A stretch of DNA of 61,391 nucleotides, filler included, from Piptocephalis cylindrospora (lineage: Eukaryota): NCBI GenBank assembly GCA_003614145.1. It is 5 parts of 5 records of this genome, joined end to end, with 100 filler letters (N's around TTAATTAATTAA, not from the genome) between each part and the next. Parts side by side here need not be neighbours in the genome. Positions count along the whole stretch, not along the records: positions 24,688 to 36,892 come from KZ987978.1; 4 more parts are not named here. One strand, 5' to 3'. A program made the position numbers and the translations under genes. Below the pieces are notes generated by a model. That model worked only from the letters and a program-made list of their open reading frames with translations, did not search any database and had not been told where the DNA came from. The first letter of the stretch is position 1. Each line of letters opens with the position of its first letter. Shown here piece after piece: positions 25,502 through 36,992 of this stretch.

Positions 25502-27078
25502 TTACATAAGCGTCAAGATGGATTTTCGCTCGCTCTCAAAAGGGTAGGCGACAAAAGAGGCTAAGAAAAGACCAAGAGTTAGGCTCAAGCAAATGAGAAT
25601 CATGTGGACAGTAGGGGCCAGGGAATCCGAGGCCGTATCCCCACCCACGATGCTCAGGACACCTCGGACTACGAAACTTCCAGGGACCAGCATGAGGAGA
25701 GAAGGGAGAGTGGGAACAACGGCTATGCAACGAAAGTACCGAGCCAGGGCATTAGAGACAATGGCCACAGTAAATTCAGCAGCAGCCCGGGTCAGGAAGG
25801 GCTCTTGAGCATATTGAAAAAAACATAATTGACAACATATCCGGCAATACCAAAGGGAATGATGATGGAGAGTTGAGCGAAAGAGGCTTGGAAGCGCAAC
25901 GCAAAGACCACCGACAAGGTGGGAATCCCGATGACCAAAGGAATCCACCCGGGATGGGACCCAATGTTCTTCTCGCACGTGGTGGCCTTGATGGATAAGA
26001 GTTCCTTGCCTCTCGAAGACGACCCTTTTCCCGTCTCACACAATTGCCAAAGGCTCTAACCAAAGCTCAGGCCGTGCCCGAGAATAAAAGTACGGATCAC
26101 GGCGTATATTAAACAGGTGGATCCTTGTAAGATGTGTCCTGATAATAATTCCATGGCAGAGACCAGTAAAGTAAGTCCTGGAAGGGTAATGGAAAGCAGG
26201 GCGAGGATGACGGCGATGCAACATACATGATTTCGGAGGGCAGTGACGGCAAAGGCGATGATGATGGCAGCGGTAGTTTCAAAGAGCTCTGAATACAAAG
26301 CATGGTTGGAGCGAACATGGGAGAGAAACCAGACAAAAAGGCACAATGCTGGGGAAAGAAGCATCTCCCGCCATCTACCATTGTAAAAAACAACTGACAC
26401 AGCCGCGGACCCAATGAGCCACGTAGCCATTTCGATGGGCCATGGATGAAGCATGGGCCCCGAGTAGACCAGAGGACGCATCTCGACGAGAATTTCCTCG
26501 ATGGGGCGGTTACTAGAAAGAACGGCTTGGGAGAGTCGTTTCAGGGCCTCGAGCTTGCCGATGTTCCAGGTGATAGTGGTGCGATGAACACGTAGCTCGG
26601 AAGTATGGGTGGAAGGAACGGCAAAGCTGATCAAATGAAGGCCTGGGATACTCAGCAGGGTCATCTGGAGATGAAGGACTTGGGAGAGCCGAGATACGCT
26701 GTCCTCAACCCGATGGAGCGGGGCACCAAAGAGAACTTCCCCTCGGATCAGCAAGAGGATATATTCCTGCCTCTGGATGATGCTAGCGATGGCCTGCTCG
26801 GCTACCAAGGCCAGTCGAGCCTTGTTGGGAAGGTTATTTAAATTCTTTCTGAGGGGCAGGTGGTGCGAGTGGGGTGGGTGTTGCAGACTGGAGAAAAGAT
26901 GGAGGAGGTGACCGAGAATCCCGGGATCAGCAGGATCCATTGGATGAGAGTAGATCCGGGATAGTATTCCTGGGTGACGGGCGGTATATTCATTTCGGAT
27001 ATTATTTTCTGAGGTGGATTGGGGGGGAGAAGGATGACTGAGATCCGATAGAGCATCGGTGTCTATAGAGCGTATCAT
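25502..27078 (-). pseudogene. ThrE/Prm10-family membrane protein, disrupted
   Basis: QRQEYILLL...FGAPLHRVE, ISF...THTSE, LPG...L.SAMEL and LLMLVPGS motifs. In-frame TAG at 26056-26058 and a frameshift at the T7 run near 25820. Confidence 0.7.
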
Positions 27079-27439
27079 GACATTATTTGAGATGGAAGAA
27101 GGATGCGACGGATTTAAGGAAGGTAGATAAAAGGGCAACCATCCATTGATGAAAATAGCTCAGGTCCTTAAAAGTGTTGAGGTAATAGGATGGTGGGATG
27201 GAATGGGCTTCAGGAGAAAGGCATGCCAAGTGCTTCTTCCCTTATCGTCGTCAGGGGAATCTATTCCTGCTCTGCCTTTAATGGTTCGAGATGGTCTCTC
27301 CTTATATCCTTTTAGCCTGAAGCCTCTACCCCTCACCCAGACAGATCATCATGTCCGTATTTATTCGATGAGCACATGTCCAAGATGCATGGGGTTACTC
27401 TATTCAACATCATCACCACCATCATCCACAGTCTTTCTC

Positions 27440-27826
27440 TTAAGAGCTATTCAAGACTTTGGCCTTGGCAATGGTTTCTGCCATTCGATCACGCACTGGC
27501 TTCCTTCCTAGTACGGCATAGGCGGCTCGTCCATCAGGGTACAGATGGTTCCGCATGCGTCCAGGCTTCACTTGGACCATCTCTCCCTTTGACCCCAGCC
27601 TGGGAGTATCTTTGAGTAGTTTGATGGTTACAAATTTCTTCTTACGATACCCTGCTCTTTGCTGGCGGAAGGGAAATAAAGGAGGAGTTTAACGACAAGT
27701 GGAACGGGACTCGCCAAACGATCCGCCCACCTTCGATTCCACACTTACCATGACATTAAAGGCACCGAGTAGGCGACCGGATACAGCGCCAAAATCGCTT
27801 CCGAGACGAGCCAGGATGGGAAGCAT
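27440..27826 (-). CDS. mitochondrial ribosomal protein bL9m, 99 aa (exons 27826-27749 and 27661-27440)
   Basis: Presequence-like MLPILARLG..., GTAAGT...CAG intron, then L9 N-domain IKLLKDTPRLGSKGEMVQVKPGRMRNHLYP. Absent from the ORF track. Confidence 0.85.
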
Positions 27827-28318
27827 GTTGGATAAAGTCAACGCAACGAGAGGAAATGAGGGGCTGCTGAGGAGAGGAAAGAAGGCAATGTTTTGCTAGC
27901 CAGGACTTCCAGATAGCGAACGCGATAATCTAAAGGCGCCTTTTTCTTCCCATCTAAATCTCCCCCCCTCCATGGTCCAGACCGGCTTACCTATCTTACT
28001 TTCGTGAAATTTAACCAGGTTTGGCTTGTTTTTAATTTGGTATATAGGCCACTAAGGCCTGTTTCGTCCATAAGCCTATTTACACCTGCCATCAGTACTT
28101 TTATATCTCTACATCAACAAAGCCTCAGTCGCCGCCAAAGATCAAGGGTGATATCGTGAGATGAACACCTTTATCCTTTCTCATATTCGATCCGTCTTCT
28201 CTTCACCGCCCCCCTGACCCGATAGCCATTTATCCTTTTCCTCGTGCTAAAGGTCGTTTAAGCCCTGTTTTCCGCCCTCCACTTCCCATCTTTCAAGGTC
28301 ATTGTCCTGCCCATTCCA

Positions 28319-30957
28319 ATGCCTCTGACTATCGTACGTGGACATGGATCATCCTGCTTTTTCTGAAAACTCATGACGCTTTCCTGTGTCCAACCACATC
28401 TCTCCACTCACTCACCTTTTCTCCCTCCTCATATTTTCTCTCTTGCGCATCCGTCTGCTTCATATGATGTCTATGGGAACTTGGTCGCCCACATTTATGG
28501 GCTCGCTCGTACACATATGCTCCATGCTCCACTGTAACATGCGTACACACACCGCTACATATGATCATATGCACGTGTACCTAATCAATCGTCAAAATAC
28601 GCTACAATGATATATTAGAGGGCGCTAGGGACTGAGAGGGCACCATCGCATCTCTTGACTTTTCCGGGCAATCTACGCGTCTTGTTAGATTGTCCCTTGG
28701 ATCTGCCAGGGCAGCTGAGAGCCCAGTCGGTTTTAGGTGCTATGGATGACATTGGTCTATACGGGGCATATATACACTGGGAAAGTGCACAGCATCCGTG
28801 TCTTCCAGACCCGGCGTCAATCGATGTCATCCTCATCACCCACCACGCTTCCTTAACGGCCCTGCCCTTTCTGGTAGAGCATCCCGATTTTAGAGCTCGA
28901 ATCTACGCGACCGAGCCAGTCATCTCTTACGGAAGGTAGGTGGTAGGGGGAGGGTATAATTTTACCCAATCCCATTCATGTCCTCATCTTAACTCACTAT
29001 AACTCGGGAATCCATTCAATTAGATTGCTTCTGGAAGAGTTATCCTCGACCTTTGGTGATGATGGCACGGCCCCCCCCCCTGCCCATGCCCCCACGCCCC
29101 ACGTTGGCTAGTTTCTCTGATCAAGTAACAGGGATGTACAATCCAGGAGAAGCGCCATTTCCGAATGCCAAGGTGATCAGACGTACTATGAATGAGATAA
29201 TCCCGGTTCGGTATGGAGAGGAGATATTCCTTCACCGACCACCCCCTCCCTTGGCCCCACTGACTGCGGTGGCTCGACCTGCTGGGACCTCCTTGGGATC
29301 GGCCCATTGGATCATCGAAGCCGGACCCTCCCAAAAGGCGGTACTCCTCGGCCCCACCACCACCCTCACTTCCTTACATCCCCAGCCCCTTGACTTGACT
29401 GAGGTGTTTACCCAAACCAAGAACCCTCAGAATCGTCGAACCATCTTGACCACAAACATTCGTGCGGATCCAGCCTTTCCTGTGCAAAATGCCCTGGATC
29501 GCCTATGTACCCGAGTCCTTAAGACCCTTCAGACAGGCGGAACCGTTCTGATTGCACAGTGGCCATGGGCCTCGCACTTTATCCTCCTGGACGCCCTGAT
29601 CACCTTAACGTCTAATGCGCAGATGGGCCATGTCCCCATCCTAGTGGTGGGAAGACAGGGAGATAGGGCAAGAATGTACTCGGATATTCTGGGAGAATGG
29701 ATGGGACCAGGAGGCCGACAGCAAATGTATAGCCCAGCTTCCCCGCTGGTGCCAGCAGGCTTGGTGGAACGGCGACGACTTCGGTATATCTCATCCCCGG
29801 GAGATCCTTCCTTTCACGCCGCATACCAGGAGCCATCGATCATTTTTGCAGGTGATCCTTACATCCTTGCCGGACCCTCCAAGATCCTTATGGACATTTG
29901 GCGGGGGAAGGTCCAAGCTCGGCACGAGGCTTTCACTGAGGGAAACATGTCTGGGGGCTCAGGCTCTGGTCCGGGGAAAGTTATCACGCCAAGGCCCTTG
30001 CATTACATGGTTATCCTCCCGGAACCCGAGGCGCCTGTGGGAGACATCCTTCGTCGGCACCCCCCCATAGCCCCTGGTTCCGGGGAAGAGAGTCGATTGG
30101 ATATCGAGGCCATTCCAGTGGATGTGCGGTTGACACCCTCGCAATTCCGGCACGACTTACTTGAACAATGGGGACGACGGGAGGGTGGGGACACCTGGGT
30201 ACTCGGCCCACGAGTATGGGGAGGGCAGCTTCCCTCTCAATCCCTTCAGCTCTCCACCCTGTATCCACCCATGCTGGAGGTAGGTCGGGAGCCCCAGAAC
30301 GGGGTGGAGATGAGTGAGGAGCAGGATAGAAAGGGGATACACAAGATGGCAGATTTAGTGGAAGATTATGGATGGGGAGATAAGCAAGATGGAGAAGTGG
30401 GGTCCCGAACGGTCCTCCCTGCATGGGTTTCCCCAGAGTTAGCCAAGCAGCTGATCCTACTCTCTGGGGAAATTGAAGGGGCTGATGAAGTGACGAGGAT
30501 ACGTGCACAACTGTCGTGGAGGAATGATCGGTGGGAGTTACTACCTTGGTCCATGGGAACCTGGAGGGGTGAGGGGAATAATGGGGGATCGAGGCCTCGG
30601 GGAGCCCCTCTCTCCCTCTCCTCACCTTTTCAAAAGATGAGAGAGGGGCAAAAGATATCGGAGATGGTATATGAGCTATACGAGCATTTGAACTCCAAGG
30701 GTTTAATACAGATGATCTGCACGGAGGAGGAGGGGCAAATGGGCAAAGGGTGGTACATCCGTGGCCGACTTCCTCAATCCATCTCCCATGGATGGTTCCG
30801 AAATGGGGATAAGGTGGCAGTATGGGTGATGGAGCAGGAGGATGGGGGTTCTGAGGAAGGGATGACACTGGGAGTGGAGGTGCGGGTTCGACAGGCCTTA
30901 CAACCTATGACCCAGTGGATTCAAGAGTGGCTGCAAGGGACAAAGAGGGCGGGTTGA
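28319..30957 (+). CDS. INTS9: Integrator complex subunit 9 (inactive metallo-beta-lactamase/beta-CASP)
   Basis: LDCPLD, IDVILITHHASLTALPFL, IYATEPVISYGRLLLEEL, GTSLGSAHWII, HPQPLD, ILGEWM and EPSIIFAGDP follow INTS9 motifs. Inferred exons 28319-28333, 28619-28935 and 29024-30957. Confidence 0.82.
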
Positions 30958-31296
30958 TGCTGGAGCGCGGAATTAAAGGAAATTATAATGCCTCTGTTCC
31001 TGCGCCTCAGTTTCCCTCTGTGTATGTTTATAGATGCAGTTGACTGGGGTTTATAAGACACGAAGGAAGTGTGGGATGCAGGAGACTGTGGGTAGGTCCC
31101 CGAGTAGGATAATAATATATCTACCTCATTTTCTCTTCTCTTCTCATACTTAGAAAGTATGCTAATTATGGAACAATAATGACATTCGGAGAAAGTTTAA
31201 TGGGGAGAAAAAGCCATGGCGATATGAAACGATGGCAGTGATGATTGATGATTATTGGTACAGGGCTTTACGCATATGGGTCCACTAGGTCAGAGT

Positions 31297-32616
31297 TCAT
31301 GTACGCCGGCCATACATAAAGGTACTCAAAAGAACAAGAGAGGCTCCAAGGAGGAAGGGAAGGGTAGGATGGAAGTCGAGGAAGAGATAGCTGATCAGGC
31401 CGCTAAGAAGAATGCTTAAACTGGTGGCAAAGCCCTTGAGGATATTATCCGCATACTTGACAACAGCAGCAACAAGAAGGCCCCCAAGAGCCTGATTAAG
31501 GACAACGACCCAAGGCAGAGGACCAAAGCCCTGAAGAAGACCTTGTTTCCAAATGGTGGAACCATCGGCTACGAGCATGAGAAGGAGGGAAAAGAGGGTG
31601 GCAGAAATGCCCAGTTGCCCGTTACGGACCCAGAGGGAGGGAGGACTAACCGGGGAGGCCGAGGTGGACAATACGTCCTTTTCCGCCTCATTGGACACGG
31701 GGGTGTAGGTGGAGGAGGATTTGAGGATGCGTTCAAAATAGCATCCGGCAAATCCGGAGGAAAGGCAAGCGAGGATCACGGCTACAAAGCCCAGGATGGG
31801 CCTTTCCTCCGGGGTGGAGGGTTCCTCCTGGGAGTCGGAGGCATGATGAGGAACAGCAGTTTGCCACTGGACCAAGGTGACACCCATCATTAAGAGTAAA
31901 AGGGAAAGCCATTGACGAAGGGAGAGGGAACGACGGAGGAGTAAGATGGAGAAGAGGGCGGTGGCGAGGATTTTGAGTTGATAGACAACCTGAAAGGTGG
32001 CGGCCTCGAGATTGGACAGGGCCAGATAGAGCAGGTTGTTTTGCAAGGCGTAGCAAGCGGATGGAAGGGAAAGTCGGATGATTTCCTTGGGCTGGAAGAC
32101 CGATGAGAAAATCCACGCAAGACCCTGTTGCATGGACACTTGAGGGGGGGAGGAGGAGGAGAGGAAGGAGGAGGAGGAGAGGAAGGAGGAGAAGAGAACG
32201 AGGAAACAGATGGAGAGTTTGAGGATCTCGGTAAAGACTACAGCCACTGAGGCCAGGTAGAGTGGGGAGGAAGACTGGGAATCTGAAGAGACATGATCTG
32301 TGTGGGAGCGAGAGGCACGGAGTAGGAGGACAAGGATGGAATTGTGCAGCACAAGAATCAAAAGTGAGAGATGGGACATGCGCAATCGAGAGGCCCAAGC
32401 CCAGGGGAAGAAGCTAGAAGAAGAAGCTGAAGAACTTGGCCAGGAGGTCGATGGGTGGACATGGGCTACAGGTAAAGGTGAGAGCGTATCTGAATCGGGA
32501 GGAGGTTGAGTTGATGTTGATGTGGTGTAGTGAAAGGCTGTGGATGGCTTGTCCGACGCATGGGCCGACTCATCACCCAACGGGGCCCTATCTCTAAGGA
32601 CTTCACGACTAGTCAT
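31297..32616 (-). CDS. nucleotide-sugar (UDP-galactose-type, SLC35A) transporter
   Basis: PSACYALQNNL, FQVVYQLKILATALFS, SGFAGCYFERILK and VVKYADNILKGFATS motifs. Start chosen at MTSREVL. Confidence 0.92.
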   Translation of the reverse strand: MTSREVLRDRAPLGDESAHASDKPSTAFHYTTSTSTQPPPDSDTLSPLPVAHVHPSTSWPSSSASSSSFFPWAWASRLRMSHLSLLILVLHNSILVLLLRASRSHTDHVSSDSQSSSPLYLASVAVVFTEILKLSICFLVLFSSFLSSSSFLSSSSPPQVSMQQGLAWIFSSVFQPKEIIRLSLPSACYALQNNLLYLALSNLEAATFQVVYQLKILATALFSILLLRRSLSLRQWLSLLLLMMGVTLVQWQTAVPHHASDSQEEPSTPEERPILGFVAVILACLSSGFAGCYFERILKSSSTYTPVSNEAEKDVLSTSASPVSPPSLWVRNGQLGISATLFSLLLMLVADGSTIWKQGLLQGFGPLPWVVVLNQALGGLLVAAVVKYADNILKGFATSLSILLSGLISYLFLDFHPTLPFLLGASLVLLSTFMYGRRT

Positions 32617-33213
32617 TGCAAAGTGAAGTATAATCGAGGTGGAGGAGAAGGGGGAGGAGGAAGGAGGGAAGAAAGAGAAGCAGGAGTAGGGAAAGTGGGG
32701 CAAGGGATGATTTAGCCTGGATAGTCTCTGTTCTATACTCGCCTCTATATACTCCTCCAATAAGCACATGCCAAACCCAGGGCCCCAGATCATATTAGGG
32801 GTGAGCACAGTGCCTCTCTCTACGTGTGTATGTGTGTGTGTGTGTGTGTCGGCCTTCGTGTATACACCCCTGAGACATCAATTGTTTAGCGCGATTGTGT
32901 GGGGAGGCTGATCGGGAAAAGGCATGGAAAAAAAGGAGCGTGTCTGCCAGGAGACTAAGAGAGAGGGAGGATAGGGTAATGATGATCATGAAGGAAAAAT
33001 AAGGTCGACAATAGAGCGATACGGGCTACTGAGCTACTTTATTGTCATCAATAGAATCAGCTATCCATAGAGGAACAATTGGAACAATAATGACATGATC
33101 ATGAAAGGAAAAAAAAGAAAAGAGCTAAACCATAGGGAATTTAGTCCAGATGCGCTGTGGTAGAGATCCTCCACAAAGGATGACTGGGAGAAGGGATCAT
33201 GAGATGAGTGTTG

Positions 33214-34737
33214 TTAGGATGGAAGCATAGGTTGGGAAGCAAAAGGATGAAAGGTGGAGTGATCAGGAGCGAGCTTGTGGGGTGTGTCATAGTTCTTCAA
33301 GGCCGCAGCGATGGCGCTTTTACATTCCTTTACGTGAATGGACTCATGATTGCACACTACATCGGTTGCACGTCGGTAAATGGCCATACACTCCTCTGAA
33401 CTTGACGAGGATCGGGGTACCAGATCCCGGAGAGACCAGAGAAGGATAATCCAAAGGGACAAGTTAGTCGACTGAAAACTGGGGTAGAGAGCGGAGATGG
33501 GGTGAAATACGTCCTTTCGACCTTGAGCGTCGGCATGCATGTCAAATAACTCGGATACACGGGAGAAGGATCGGTCGATGAAGGCGGTGATGAAGCCCAT
33601 ACGCCGAGTGATGGATTTGTCAACCTGGCGAGAGTTCGAAGAGGCCCTCGAGCTACCTTTTGGACTCCGGATTCCGTCTTCGTCACGGATAATGCGTTTG
33701 AGGAGTCGGATGAGTGCGCTCTGCCGATCCATGAAATGATCCGCCTGTTGCTTGAGGAGCGTGTGCTCATTTTTCTTATTACGAGAGGAGGTGTGACTTT
33801 TGCTAAAGTCTAGTTTGATGACTTGCTGCATCTCTCTATTTGCGGATCCCATCGAGAGAATGAGCCCATTCCCGATATTAGTGCCTTTGAAGCTTTGGGC
33901 GAGCTTAATGATAGATTGATGCTCGGAGGGAGAGATCTGAAAGGCCTCATAAAGCTCAGGCTCATTGAACACCTGGGCCCACCGTCCCTCTAGGATGGAC
34001 ATGTCTGGAAGAAATGACTTATGGTAGGAGTCAGATAACGTAGACGGACCGTCTACGTGGATAGGGAAAGAACGGCCTTGCGTCACATGAGGCTTGACCA
34101 GGAGATGGGGATAGGTGGTGTAGATAAGTTTTCGGAGGGGCGTGGGGGGCCCAGAGGCCGAGAGGGAAAAGATAGGAGTGTAGCAGTAAAGCAGGAGTTG
34201 CTGGGGGCGTAGGACATGGAGTTCATAGTCCAGAAGATTGGAACGAGCGCTAACTAAAGGGCAAATAGAATGGGCAATGTGGAGGGATATGGGCTCCTCT
34301 TGGTGCACAGCTTTCAAAGAGAAGGGCATACTGGCATACCCATTACATGTGACGAAGGAGACAGGATGGCCGTGAAGGGTGAGATAGGCATCCAGGGCTT
34401 GGGTGAGAGACGCTCGATCGATGGAGAAGCCATTGTAGATTAGCTGATTCGGAAACTCAAAGGCCGTAAAGAGATTCCGAATGACCTTTTTTAAGCCATG
34501 CAAGTAGACAGGATCTCGGGGTTGGCTCGCACTAGTACCACTGGAACCTTGCGAGGATGTCGTGCCTGTACGACTGGATGCTCTTGGAAGTGGATCTATG
34601 GTACGATAATGATCACGGATTGGTTGATAGGGCCAGGAGAAGGCACCAAGAATAGGGTTGGCGTCAGTAGTTGTGAGGTTGGCGAGTAAATAGCAAGTTA
34701 CTACGCCAAGTGTCATGGAGGGATCAAGGAACATCAT
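33214..34737 (-). CDS. hypothetical protein, possibly secreted
   Basis: Intronless ORF of ~507 codons with a weak signal-peptide-like N-terminus (LGVVTCYLLANLTTTDA-NP). No family recognised. Confidence 0.6.
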   Translation of the reverse strand: MMFLDPSMTLGVVTCYLLANLTTTDANPILGAFSWPYQPIRDHYRTIDPLPRASSRTGTTSSQGSSGTSASQPRDPVYLHGLKKVIRNLFTAFEFPNQLIYNGFSIDRASLTQALDAYLTLHGHPVSFVTCNGYASMPFSLKAVHQEEPISLHIAHSICPLVSARSNLLDYELHVLRPQQLLLYCYTPIFSLSASGPPTPLRKLIYTTYPHLLVKPHVTQGRSFPIHVDGPSTLSDSYHKSFLPDMSILEGRWAQVFNEPELYEAFQISPSEHQSIIKLAQSFKGTNIGNGLILSMGSANREMQQVIKLDFSKSHTSSRNKKNEHTLLKQQADHFMDRQSALIRLLKRIIRDEDGIRSPKGSSRASSNSRQVDKSITRRMGFITAFIDRSFSRVSELFDMHADAQGRKDVFHPISALYPSFQSTNLSLWIILLWSLRDLVPRSSSSSEECMAIYRRATDVVCNHESIHVKECKSAIAAALKNYDTPHKLAPDHSTFHPFASQPMLPS

Positions 34738-36209
34738 CAGGTGTGGGTAGGGGAGAGGGAAGCTGAGGGTAATGGGCGGTAGGGAGGTCAAGAATAGGGG
34801 GAGGGGGAAGGGGGAAGGGGGAAGGGAAGGGAAAAAACAAAGAGGATTGGTAAACTGGGAATAATAAATAGTGTAGAAGGGATGAAAATTGACAGATACG
34901 TTAAGACGGACCCTGGACCTAGTGGATTTGGGATCACAAAGTCAGCGATGCCAGCCGATTTCCCTGTAACCAGGACCATAATCGGAGTTGACACACAGGA
35001 CTGCCCACATCGATAAAACCCAACCAGGCTTGCAGCTAACACTAAAGACTAACGATCGCGCGCTTCACATCAATCACACTCATCACATGGATGGTGTTGG
35101 GTAGCGAACATTATGCACAAAGGCGTGTTAACGATAATCTTTTCCTCTCCCAACCATGCCTTATAAAAGACCAGGTCGTCTTTGAATTACATTTATACCT
35201 TGCTCTACTTGCGCATGGAAACCATAGCCCGAAGTCTTATCCGACTATACCAAGTATTCGCTCCTTGAACCACCTTACCTTTACAAGATTCTTACCTTTC
35301 CCCCACCATTACTTCCTTCTACTCTCATTTATGGGTCATCTTTTAGTGAAATGAATAGATACAGATAGCTGGCTATTTAATCAAAGAAGGATGGGAAAAA
35401 GGGAGAGTCTGAAATGGAGCAACCTCTTTCTTTCCGCCGTGAAGCCATCAGCATGATCAGTTAGGCAGAGGAGCCTCTAACTGACCGAGTCTGAATTTGA
35501 AGTGGCAGTACCTGTAATCCTCCTCTATGGATACGGATGTACTGTTTCAGCACAAAAGCCAATACACTATTACTCTCTCACTTCAAGCTCCGCTTCCGAC
35601 CAGTACCCCTCATATCTTATCTCTATACCAGTTACTCTCCCTGGCAGGTTCCATGCTCATCACATGCTCAAAAGCAAAGAATGCCACTTTTAAGGTGTGG
35701 ACCTATGATCATTCCCAAACATCTAACTTGTTATGGTCCTTTGATGAAGAAGCGAAGGAGCAGTGCAGATCGCATGCTGCTAAGAAATTAATGGATAGTG
35801 GAGCTTCACTCTGATCAAGGCAAGCACCAGTAATCGCATTGAAAAACTCAGTGGATAGCACATTAAGAATACGATATAGTGGGTGGAAACGGAGTAGGAA
35901 AGAAAGTTGGACGTAAACATCTTCATGCCAAGGCCCTTGAAGTGAGGCTTAGAAGAGAGAGAGATAATAAAGGATGGGCGAGAGCAGCCTTACTAAGAAC
36001 GCTACTCTCTCCATCGCAGCGGACTTAAATAGAGACCAGGTCGATGTCCTTTCTCCCATTCCATCTTGCTTATCCTGTAAACCACCGAATATTACTTCCT
36101 CACTCCTTCAAAGAGTTTTGGTCTCTTTTCTATCCCTTTACTTTCCTCGTTAAGCGAAGCTCCATTTCCCTCCCATCACTACCATCACTGCCATCACTTC
36201 TTCTTTACC

Positions 36210-36530
36210 ATGAAGCTCACATCCATCCTACTCACCTCTGCCATGGTGGTTACGGCTCTTTCTGTTGTTGCTGCCCCTACTCCTGGTGATGAGGGTGATT
36301 AGCAGGATAAAGTTAGCAATTCTCATCCCAGTGGTATTACTCCCAATGACGCGCCGTTGGGAAGGGACAATTTTTGGAAACACAACGACTGCGCTGACAG
36401 TGCCATATTCTTTTTTGGCGCCTGCACCGATAGAACGGAGGCTACTGTGTAGTACGGGAAGAACCCTGACCAAAAGAAGGATGATGATGTCCAAACCCAT
36501 CAATTCTGTTATCATATTGAGTGCCGGTAA
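36210..36530 (+). pseudogene. small secreted 4-Cys protein gene with two in-frame TAG codons
   Basis: Signal peptide MKLTSILLTSAMVVTALSVVA-APTP; TAG at 36300 and 36450; frame ends FCYHIECR-TAA. Confidence 0.65.
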
Positions 36531-36892
36531 CTCTCTCCTCCAACTTTCCAAGTGATCGAGTATATTTCAGGGATTTCTGACCAGAATAGATTCGTGAAAT
36601 TAAAGTGATTCATTTGGCCTTTCCGTGAAGCTTTTGTTTATTTGATTATTCTATACCATTCACTTCGAGGCACACGTGATGAAAATGTGCGCATGGTATA
36701 TTTAGTTCGACTTTCCAAATCCATTTCCTTTCTCATTTTAAAGGTACTGTACTCTCAATGCCTAAATGTGCCGTTTTCCTTCATCTCAATCAATTACACA
36801 CTAGAAATCGTCCTTATCCTAAAGGCTGCCTCTTTCCTCCCATTGTCATTGAGGAACTGAAGCAACAGTGGATTGGTGCTGCATGATCGGAT

Positions 36893-36992
36893 NNNNNNNN
36901 NNNNNNNNNNNNNNNNNNNNNNNNNNNNNNNNNNNNTTAATTAATTAANNNNNNNNNNNNNNNNNNNNNNNNNNNNNNNNNNNNNNNNNNNN
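36893..36992. other. artificial contig linker
   Basis: N run + TTAATTAATTAA + N run. Confidence 0.98.

Noticed and set aside
36300..36452. Genome-wide nuclear UAG reassignment
   Set aside because: MCM3, DOM34 and ELP5 end at TAG at their expected C-termini.
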